A DNA stretch of 13,851 bases. Source: an uncultured Methanosarcinales archaeon. GTDB lineage: Archaea > Nanobdellota > Nanobdellia > Woesearchaeales > JACPBV01. Under the pieces are notes generated by a model. That model saw only the letters and a program-made list of their open reading frames with translations. It searched no databases and was not told the origin of the DNA. The stretch is taken from positions 1 through 13,851 of the forward strand of contig CAZBLF010000029.1 in NCBI GenBank assembly GCA_964492935.1. Direction: 5' to 3'. A program made the translations under genes and the position numbers. Positions 6,310-12,459 of this stretch are shown here, piece by piece (the stretch's first letter is position 1; each line of letters opens with the position of its first letter).

Positions 6310-7495
6310 CGACATAACAATAACTTATTTTATCAAGAAGGCGATTGCCACGAAGAAATCGTTGCGCGAGGTTGTAGATACCATTGCAGCAGGGATTAGT
6401 ATTGGGACGCTACAGGTAGCATATGATGCTCATACCACTAAATGGCACGCGGATAAGGCTGCGAATCCTAATGCGTATAAGGCAGAGGTTGAGGAGTATA
6501 GCGTATTGCCGATGGATGAGAATTCTGCTGTTGTGAAAATTAAGGTTTGTAGTGATTTAATGGATTTGAAGCATTGTTCTTTCGCGACGTTGCTCTCTTT
6601 TATTGCTGGCGATGTTTTTGGGACGTCGTATGACGCGGAAGAGATTCGCGTTTTGGATATTGACTTTTCTGAAAAGGCATTGGCTCAGTTTAAGGGTCCT
6701 AAATTCGGAAGTGAAGGTATTCGGAAGATGCTTGGATTGGAGAATAGTGATCGGCCGTTGCAGGCTTTGATTTTGAAACCGAATACCGGTCAGCCAAGTT
6801 CTCATTACGCCGATATTGCTTACAAGGCTGCATTAGGTGGGATGGATTTCATCAAGGATGACGAATTAAACATTAATCCTACGTCGTGTCCGTTTGAGGA
6901 GCGTGTCAAGATGATTTGTGATGCGTTGAAAGAGGCTGAAAAGGAGACGGGCAAGAAAACTATCTATGCTCCAAATATTTCGTTCCGACCTGAATATATG
7001 AAGGAATATGCTCGAAAAGCTATTGCGGCTGGAGCTAGTGCATTGATGATGAATATTGTGTATGTGGGTATGACTGCGGTGCAGATGATTGCTGAGGATC
7101 CGGAATTTAATGTTCCTATTTACGTGCATCGAGCAGGACATGATTTCTTTACGAGAAATGAGGTAGGTATTGCGATGCCGGTTATGACTAAGTTTTTCCG
7201 ATTGTCGGGAGCTGACATTATGTCGGTGGGTCCGGTCTTTGGTGGTTTAGAGACGAAGGAAACGGTTAAGAAGACGTATGAAGCAGTTAATGCGGATATG
7301 TATGGCATTAACAAGTCTCTTGCTGTTGTTTCTCGATCAAGTAAGGATATTGTTCAGGGTACTGTGGATTGGTTGCAGACGAAGAATGTGATGTTCTTGG
7401 CGGATGGCGGAATTTACAACGGTCCTGAAGGTATTACTGCTACAACCAAAGAGATGAAAGAGACGATTGAGAAAGTTCAGATTCAATCTGCTTGA
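6296..7495 (+). CDS. RuBisCO large-subunit-like protein (form IV RLP), not a carboxylase
   Basis: 399 aa. DRPLQALILKPNTGQ...GGMDFIKDDELN aligns by eye to GRPLLGCTIKPKLGL...GGLDFTKDDENV. VHRAGH corresponds to IHRAMH, and RLSGADIMSVGPVFGGLE to MSGGDHIHSGTVVGKLE. The K334 and H327 equivalents are lost. It overlaps the upstream kinase fusion by 14 nt. Confidence 0.85.
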   Translation: MEWDNDITITYFIKKAIATKKSLREVVDTIAAGISIGTLQVAYDAHTTKWHADKAANPNAYKAEVEEYSVLPMDENSAVVKIKVCSDLMDLKHCSFATLLSFIAGDVFGTSYDAEEIRVLDIDFSEKALAQFKGPKFGSEGIRKMLGLENSDRPLQALILKPNTGQPSSHYADIAYKAALGGMDFIKDDELNINPTSCPFEERVKMICDALKEAEKETGKKTIYAPNISFRPEYMKEYARKAIAAGASALMMNIVYVGMTAVQMIAEDPEFNVPIYVHRAGHDFFTRNEVGIAMPVMTKFFRLSGADIMSVGPVFGGLETKETVKKTYEAVNADMYGINKSLAVVSRSSKDIVQGTVDWLQTKNVMFLADGGIYNGPEGITATTKEMKETIEKVQIQSA

Positions 7496-8313
7496 TTTTT
7501 TAATTTTTTATAGTTTTCTTCTGGAAGTAATTGGGATGCTAGGGTTGCGTCGCGTCCGTGGAAGTCGGAGCCGCCTGAAAGTAATAAGTTTAGTTTTTCT
7601 GCTTCCTTTTTTATGGTAGATGCGGAATATTTTTCGAATGCATCTGCACGATAGGGATAGAAGTGTTCTATTGCGTCTCCGCCTGCCTTTTTGAAATCGT
7701 GGATGAGTGTTTTGGCATCGGTATTGCTGTAGACGAGGGGATGTGCTAGTATTGCTAAGCCGCGAGCATTATGAATTGCATCGATTGCTTGTTTGAAGGT
7801 GGTTGTTTGCTTTCTGTTTTTGTAGGCAGGTTGTCCATTGCCGATGAGGGTATCAAATACCTGGTCAGGGGTTTCTAGTTGTTTGTTGTTTTTCATGAGG
7901 ATTGATGCGATGTGTGGGCGGCCGATCGTTCCTTTCGCTAGTTTGTGTACTTCCTCGTACGTTATCTTGTAGCCGAGCTTTTGTAATGCTTGTATCATGT
8001 CTTTCTTTTGTACTATTCTCGCTTTTTGGGCTTTGTCAACGATTTCTAGAATGTCTTTGTGGTTTGGGTCGATGAAGAGACCGAGAATGTGGATATCGGA
8101 GTGTTGTGGATGATCTGCGGTTATTTCGATGCCCGGAACTACGGTGAGTGTTGTGTTCTTGGCTGCTTTTTGTGCAGCTGCGATGCCTGCGGTGGTGTCG
8201 TGGTCGGTTATTCCGATGACATCTAGGCGTTCTTTTAGCGCTGCATCAATTAATTCTTTTGGAGAAAGCTTGCCGTCGGAGGCGGTGGTATGAGTATGGA
8301 GATCGATGCGCAT
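7483..8313 (-). CDS. PHP-domain metal-dependent phosphoesterase (TrpH/YciV-like); candidate 3',5'-bisphosphonucleotide (pAp) phosphatase
   Basis: 276 aa. MRIDLHTHTTASDG is the PHP His-x-His start, followed by ITDHDT, the ILAHP His and GGSDFHG. It is the last gene of the Sat-CysC operon, with only 3 nt between it and cysC. Confidence 0.75.
   Translation of the reverse strand: MRIDLHTHTTASDGKLSPKELIDAALKERLDVIGITDHDTTAGIAAAQKAAKNTTLTVVPGIEITADHPQHSDIHILGLFIDPNHKDILEIVDKAQKARIVQKKDMIQALQKLGYKITYEEVHKLAKGTIGRPHIASILMKNNKQLETPDQVFDTLIGNGQPAYKNRKQTTTFKQAIDAIHNARGLAILAHPLVYSNTDAKTLIHDFKKAGGDAIEHFYPYRADAFEKYSASTIKKEAEKLNLLLSGGSDFHGRDATLASQLLPEENYKKLKNQAD
7496..7510 (+). terminator. Oligo-T tract (TTTTTTAATTTTTTA), a candidate archaeal intrinsic terminator for the RLP operon
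   Basis: It follows the RLP stop codon (7493-7495) directly. The same bases on the other strand encode the Lys-rich C-terminus (KKLKN) of the convergent PHP gene. Confidence 0.35.
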
Positions 8314-8316
8314 GCC

Positions 8317-8832
8317 TTAACAAATTCCCTTGTCTTTTAAAGCTTGTCTTAGTTGTTGTGCTGCTTGTTCTGGTGTTGTGTTTTGGGTGTCTATTGTGAC
8401 TTCGGGTTGCTCAGGTTCCTCGTAAGGTACATTTAATCCTACGAAGTCTTTTATCTCTCCTGATCTGAATTTTTTATAGTGACCTTTGACATCTCGTTCC
8501 TCGCAAATTTCGATTGGGCATTTGATGTAGACTTCGATGAATTTTTTTATCTGATTTCTGGCATATTCTCTAATTGCCTTGGTGGGAGAGATGACGCAGG
8601 CTATGCTCAGGATGTGGTCGCTTGTTAAGAGTGCACAAATATCTGCTACTCTTGTGATGTGCTTGTCGCGATCTTCTTTTGTATAGCCGAGATCCTTAGA
8701 AATGGTTTTTCTGACGATATCTCCATCTAATAGAGCTACCTGGATGTTTTCTTTTCTTAATTGCTCTACTAATAGCTCGGCAATGGTGGATTTTCCTGCT
8801 CCGGAAAGCCCGGTAAACCAGATTGTGGTCAT
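8317..8832 (-). CDS. cysC: Adenylylsulfate (APS) kinase
   Basis: 171 aa. IWFTGLSGAGKSTIA is the P-loop, LDGDIVR the substrate motif, and SPTKAIRE follows. ATGA overlap with sat. Confidence 0.92.
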   Translation of the reverse strand: MTTIWFTGLSGAGKSTIAELLVEQLRKENIQVALLDGDIVRKTISKDLGYTKEDRDKHITRVADICALLTSDHILSIACVISPTKAIREYARNQIKKFIEVYIKCPIEICEERDVKGHYKKFRSGEIKDFVGLNVPYEEPEQPEVTIDTQNTTPEQAAQQLRQALKDKGIC

Positions 8833-9971
8833 ATGAGGACCTCGTGAGATAATTCTTGTGCAACTTCTTTGCGCATGAACTCTTTTGGTGGAATCTCTTT
8901 CTTAGACAACATGTCACGGATGAGTGTTCCAGAGATTTCGATTTGTTCCTCTACAGGATGCGGACACGTCTTTTCTGTTGCGATGGAATCACAGTGTTTG
9001 CAGAAGTAGGGTCCTTTTAGTTTGAGGATTTCAATGCCTAGATCATCGAATTTGTCGGTGAACTCCTGGGCTTCGTACTTTTTGTAAAATGAGCCTACAC
9101 CTGCGTGGTCGCGACCTACAATGAAATGGGTGCATCCGAAGTTTTTACGGATGATTGCGTGGAAGACGGCCTCTCGGGGTCCGGCATAACGCATCTGGGT
9201 AGTGAGTGCCGATAAGATTGCACTGTTTTTCGGATAATAGTGTTCGATTAAGGTTTTGTAGCCGTTGATGACGGCTTCTGGAGTGTAGTCGCCCTTCTTT
9301 TTCCAGCCGATTAGGGGATGGAGTAGGATTCCATCTGTTAATTCTAATGCTGCTTTTTGCAAATATTCGTGTGCACGGTGAGGTACGTTTCTTGTCTGGA
9401 AGCCGGTGATTGTTTTCCAGCCTCGCTTCTCGAACTCTGCTCGGGTTTGTTTAGGTGTTAGTTGTACGCCGGGTACAATTGGATCGGGTTCGCCAATCAT
9501 ATCGATTTCTCCTGCAAGCATGATATTGCCGGAATCGTGAAGCTTTTTTACTCCAGGATGGGTTAGATCTTGAGTTCCGAAAATGGCTTGGGATGCTTCG
9601 GTGAGATTAGCCGTATAGATTTGCTCGAGATGCATCTGGGCAATAAGCTTATCATTTTCGTCGAATAGATTGATGTCGTCGCCCTCCTTGACGTTTTCTG
9701 GTACCTTTTGCAGTGGACAGGTCACCGGAACGGTGAACGGGAGATTGTTTTCTAGTCTCGACTCGTGCAGAATGTTGAGAAAGTCGTTCTGAGTTACAAA
9801 TCCTTGTAGCGGTGAAAAAGCTCCTTGTGCAATATTTGCAATATCTAGGATCGTTTCTCGGCTGATGGTGATTTTGGGTAGTTCGTTTGCCTGTGCGATT
9901 GCCTTTTCTCTTCTTTCTCCGGTGAGTAATCGGTCAATTAATTCATTTCCATGTGGTTTATTTGCTTTCAT
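8829..9971 (-). CDS. sat: Sulfate adenylyltransferase (ATP sulfurylase), short homo-oligomeric type
   Basis: 380 aa. GFQTRNVPHRAHE corresponds to the QxRNPxHxxH motif, and HFIVGRDHAGVG is also present. A C-terminal C-x2-C-x8-C-x-H cluster (FCKHCDSIATEKTCPH) resembles the Cys/His zinc site of Thermus/archaeal-type enzymes. Confidence 0.92.
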   Translation of the reverse strand: MKANKPHGNELIDRLLTGERREKAIAQANELPKITISRETILDIANIAQGAFSPLQGFVTQNDFLNILHESRLENNLPFTVPVTCPLQKVPENVKEGDDINLFDENDKLIAQMHLEQIYTANLTEASQAIFGTQDLTHPGVKKLHDSGNIMLAGEIDMIGEPDPIVPGVQLTPKQTRAEFEKRGWKTITGFQTRNVPHRAHEYLQKAALELTDGILLHPLIGWKKKGDYTPEAVINGYKTLIEHYYPKNSAILSALTTQMRYAGPREAVFHAIIRKNFGCTHFIVGRDHAGVGSFYKKYEAQEFTDKFDDLGIEILKLKGPYFCKHCDSIATEKTCPHPVEEQIEISGTLIRDMLSKKEIPPKEFMRKEVAQELSHEVLI

Positions 9972-11646
9972 TTGTGCCCCCGTGTTGTTTGAAAAATCCT
10001 AGGAATTCATCTACCTTGTGGACTTCCACCATATTGATGATCTTTCGGTGATTAGGAAATACTGCTCCTGCGAGGACGATGGTGTCTTGCTCCTCGATTA
10101 ATTGATTCTTGATACAGGCCATGATTGCCTCCTTCTTTTGCTCGACGGATCCCGAATTATCTATTTCATGCTCGACTTGTAATGGGATGACTCCTCTTAG
10201 GAGTTTCAATCTTCTTACGATTTTTATGTTGCTTGTTAGTGCTATAATGGGGAATGAGCTATTGAATCTCGCTAGCATTCTCGCGGAAAAGCCGCCATGA
10301 GTGATACAGAGGAGCTTGTCGATATGCGTATGCTTTGAGAGATCGATAATCATCTTTGAGCAGGCGTCGCTGGGATCGGTGGACTCGTTATCATTCTCTA
10401 AATCGAGAATTGGCGTTTCCTCCTCGCATTCTTGAATGACTGTTGACATTACTTTGACTGCTTGTTCCGGGTTTGCGCCTATCGCCGTTTCACCGGAGAG
10501 CATGACTGCGGACGCGCCATCCATGACTGCGGACGCGATATCTGCTACCTCTGATTTCTTCGGTAGTGGTTGCGTTACCATCGAATGGAGCATTTCTGTA
10601 GCGACGATGACTGGCTTTGCTCTTTTATTTCCTTCTTCGATGATATGCTTCTGAAGCATAGGGACTTTTTGGAAGGAGACTTCGCTTCCTAGGTCTCCCC
10701 GATCGATCATGATGCCATAGGCTGCTTCGATGATGCCGGAAACATTTTTGATTGCTTCCTGATTCTCTACTTTTGCAATGATTTTGATTGTTGATCCCTC
10801 TAACTTTTTTTCTACCGTTCGAACTTCGTCTGCAGTATTGACGAATGATAGCCCGACGAAATCTACTTGTTCTTTTTTTGCGAATGCTATACACTTGTTT
10901 TCTTTTTCCTGTATAGATTCGCGGCTGAGGATCGCTCCGGGAATATTGACGCCTTTGCCTTCTTGTAGGACTGCATCATGCTGGACGAGGCAGGTTACGT
11001 TGTTTCCATCGATTGATTGTACGGTAATTGCGATTGAGCCGTCATCCATGAGCAACTCTTGCCGAGGTTTGACGTGTTTTGGGAATTCAGGTAGATCGAC
11101 ACCGATAGCATCTCCTTCTGGAGTGGTTGAGAGGATGATTGTGGAGTTGGCTTTGAGGATGCGAGGCTCTTTTAATCCGCGAACGCGTACTTTGGGGCCA
11201 GGGATGTCTAATAGAATAGGAATAGTTGCGTCTACTTCGCGTACTTTCTTGATGATGTCGCTATGTTGTTCGGGATTGCCGTGGGATGAATTTATTCTTG
11301 CTACATCCATCCCTGCATTCTTGAGTTTGGTGATTTCTTCAATGGAATTGGTTACAGGACCGATCGTTGCGATGATTTTTGTCTTCTTGATCATGATTTG
11401 CCTTGTAGATCCGATTTCGGCGAGAATTTCTTTAGTTGTGGCAGACTCGTGATTGAGAACATAGAAGATTGCGTTTCCTAAGGACTCTGCTTTGACTACG
11501 GACTCGTCTTCCAGTTCCTTGAGAATTTTGTGGGCACTTCCTACGCTGATGGAAAGAGTTTTGGCGATTTGATTAATCGTTAATCGGCGAGATGCATTTC
11601 TATCTAGAAACGAAATGATCTTTTGGGTGTTTTTGGAGACTGCCAT
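9958..11646 (-). CDS. Fusion of an N-terminal winged helix-turn-helix domain (~aa 1-80) to a full-length pyruvate kinase (A, B and C domains)
   Basis: 562 aa. The wHTH is LTINQIAKTLSISVGSAHKILKELEDESVVKAESLGNAIFYVL. The PK motifs are KTKIIATIGP, ARINSSHG, DIPGPKVRV, KIIAKVENQEA, IMIDRGDLGSEV, VIVATEMLHSM and VMLSGETAIG, with a C-domain ITHGGFSARMLARF...PIIALT. An internal Met85 (nt 11394-11392) sits at the domain junction. It is the first gene of the sat-cysC-PHP operon, with a 14-nt overlap with sat. Confidence 0.85.
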   Translation of the reverse strand: MAVSKNTQKIISFLDRNASRRLTINQIAKTLSISVGSAHKILKELEDESVVKAESLGNAIFYVLNHESATTKEILAEIGSTRQIMIKKTKIIATIGPVTNSIEEITKLKNAGMDVARINSSHGNPEQHSDIIKKVREVDATIPILLDIPGPKVRVRGLKEPRILKANSTIILSTTPEGDAIGVDLPEFPKHVKPRQELLMDDGSIAITVQSIDGNNVTCLVQHDAVLQEGKGVNIPGAILSRESIQEKENKCIAFAKKEQVDFVGLSFVNTADEVRTVEKKLEGSTIKIIAKVENQEAIKNVSGIIEAAYGIMIDRGDLGSEVSFQKVPMLQKHIIEEGNKRAKPVIVATEMLHSMVTQPLPKKSEVADIASAVMDGASAVMLSGETAIGANPEQAVKVMSTVIQECEEETPILDLENDNESTDPSDACSKMIIDLSKHTHIDKLLCITHGGFSARMLARFNSSFPIIALTSNIKIVRRLKLLRGVIPLQVEHEIDNSGSVEQKKEAIMACIKNQLIEEQDTIVLAGAVFPNHRKIINMVEVHKVDEFLGFFKQHGGTNESK

Positions 11647-11647
11647 A

Positions 11648-11669
11648 TTAGTGAATGATTATTCACTTA
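11648..11669. promoter_or_regulatory. Inverted repeat (candidate operator) directly upstream of the HTH-PK start codon
   Basis: TTAGTGAAT (11648-11656), a gatt spacer, then ATTCACTTA (11661-11669). The core AGTGAAT/ATTCACT is a perfect 7-nt inverted repeat. It lies between the minus-strand TATA (11681-11688) and the ATG (11646). Confidence 0.5.
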
Positions 11670-11680
11670 ATTTGTGCTTG

Positions 11681-11688
11681 TTTATAAA
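11681..11688 (-). promoter_or_regulatory. Archaeal-type TATA box (TTTATAAA, palindromic) for the HTH-PK/sat/cysC/PHP operon
   Basis: 42 nt upstream of the ATG at 11646. The implied ~10-15 nt leader contains the inverted repeat. Confidence 0.45.
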
Positions 11689-11714
11689 GACATCGCTTTT
11701 TGAGACGTTATATC

Positions 11715-11723
11715 ATTCACTTA
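11715..11723 (+). promoter_or_regulatory. Third copy of the 9-mer ATTCACTTA, upstream of the rightward promoter
   Basis: An exact direct repeat of 11661-11669, 54 nt away. It ends 16 nt upstream of the TATA at 11739. Confidence 0.4.
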
Positions 11724-11738
11724 CTATTTTCCCATATG

Positions 11739-11746
11739 TTTATATA
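11739..11746 (+). promoter_or_regulatory. Archaeal-type TATA box (TTTATATA) for the CDP-alcohol-transferase-like/GT4 operon
   Basis: 29 nt upstream of the ATG at 11768. This supports 11768 rather than 11615 as the start. Confidence 0.5.
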
Positions 11747-11767
11747 GCGTGTGCTGCTCATAGGGGT

Positions 11768-12436
11768 ATGGTTAAGATTCCTGCTAAGTATGATCGAAGT
11801 GTGGTGATGCGTGTTTTCGCGCGTCCGGTAGGGAATTTGATGATTCCTCTTTTTATGAAGCTCGGTATTACAGGAAATCAACTTTCGATCTTCAATATCT
11901 TTTTTACGTTGTTTAGTTTTCTGTTGATTGGGACTGATAGTTTAGTCATTGGTGCTTTGTTGTTGCAATTTACTATTATTTTTGATACGATGGATGGTAC
12001 TTTGTCTAAAATGAGAAAGCAGAAGTCGCTGTATGGGCGGTATCTAGAAAAGATTTGGCATAATGCGATTGTTCCTTTCTTGTTCGTTGCGCTTGGATGT
12101 AATGTGACTTTGAACAACGGAGATAGTATGTATTGTTTGATTGGATTCTTCATTACGGGATCGATCTTGGTCGTTAATCTTATTGAATTTATTCGTCGGT
12201 ATACGTTTCAGGTTGCTCCTAAGGCACTGGATGCTGATCAGACGGTGAAATCTGAGAAATCGTTGTTGCAGATTGTGGTGCGAGCTATCGGAGATACTTC
12301 GTACATCTTCATGTACGTGTTGGTGTTTGGATATGCTGGTTACCTGGATATGCTGGTGTTGTTTTACGGAGTCTTTTACGGATTGTTGTTTGTTGTCAAA
12401 TTCTTTCAGTTTCTTGGAAAACCAAAGGGTTTTTAA
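11768..12436 (+). CDS. CDP-alcohol phosphotransferase-like integral membrane protein with a degenerate signature motif
   Basis: 222 aa from the ATG at 11768; the track start at 11615 would overlap the PK gene and both promoters. It is hydrophobic throughout. The motif DTMDGTLSKMRKQKSLYGRYLEKIWH (nt 11984-12061) reads D-x2-DG-x2-SK-x8-G-x3-E-x3-H, so AR is replaced by SK, the third Asp by Glu and the fourth Asp by His. Confidence 0.6.
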   Translation: MVKIPAKYDRSVVMRVFARPVGNLMIPLFMKLGITGNQLSIFNIFFTLFSFLLIGTDSLVIGALLLQFTIIFDTMDGTLSKMRKQKSLYGRYLEKIWHNAIVPFLFVALGCNVTLNNGDSMYCLIGFFITGSILVVNLIEFIRRYTFQVAPKALDADQTVKSEKSLLQIVVRAIGDTSYIFMYVLVFGYAGYLDMLVLFYGVFYGLLFVVKFFQFLGKPKGF

Positions 12437-12459
12437 TGGTTTGAGGACTTTAACGACGT

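Noticed and set aside
6296-7495. Possibility that this is a genuine CO2-fixing form III archaeal RuBisCO
   Set aside because: By-eye alignment shows the K334, H327, K177, N123 and E60 equivalents replaced, and the protein is short at the C-terminus. There is no AMP phosphorylase or ribose-1,5-bisphosphate isomerase nearby. This is consistent with a form IV RLP, though a formal alignment is still needed.
10501-10537. 16-nt direct repeat CATGACTGCGGACGCG occurring twice with a 21-nt period
   Set aside because: It lies inside the PK gene and encodes ASAVM twice within DIASAVMDGASAVMLSGET. This is the conserved, naturally pseudo-repetitive PK segment (compare DVANAVLDGADAVMLSGET). It is probably coincidental codon identity or local conversion, not a regulatory or mobile repeat.
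9958-11388. Possibility that the PK-like domain is the missing PEP mutase (both belong to the PEP/pyruvate-binding barrel superfamily)
   Set aside because: The sequence carries PK-specific motifs (KIIATIGP, NxSHG, GPKVR B-domain hinge, KxENxE, MxxRGDLG, MLSGETA) and a PK C-terminal regulatory domain. No EDK...NS PEP mutase signature is seen.
10778-11452. 224-aa plus-strand ORF (and 10436-10654, 10109-10300, 10625-10894) inside the pyruvate kinase gene
   Set aside because: These ORFs are antisense or out of frame relative to a gene with a full set of PK motifs. Their sequences are Ser/Cys/Arg-rich and low in complexity, with no family resemblance. I reject the remaining track ORFs on the same reasoning: 743-1009, 985-1212, 2124-2312, 2890-3084, 4236-4469, 4996-5205, 5383-5658, 5671-5856, 6557-6805, 6866-7141, 7120-7314, 8696-8917, 11878-12153, 12273-12482, 12779-12988, 13118-13459 and 13201-13455.
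11615-11767. Upstream extension of the CDP-alcohol-transferase-like ORF
   Set aside because: It would overlap the PK start codon and run through both divergent promoters and the operator-like repeats. The ATG at 11768 lies 29 nt downstream of a TATA box.
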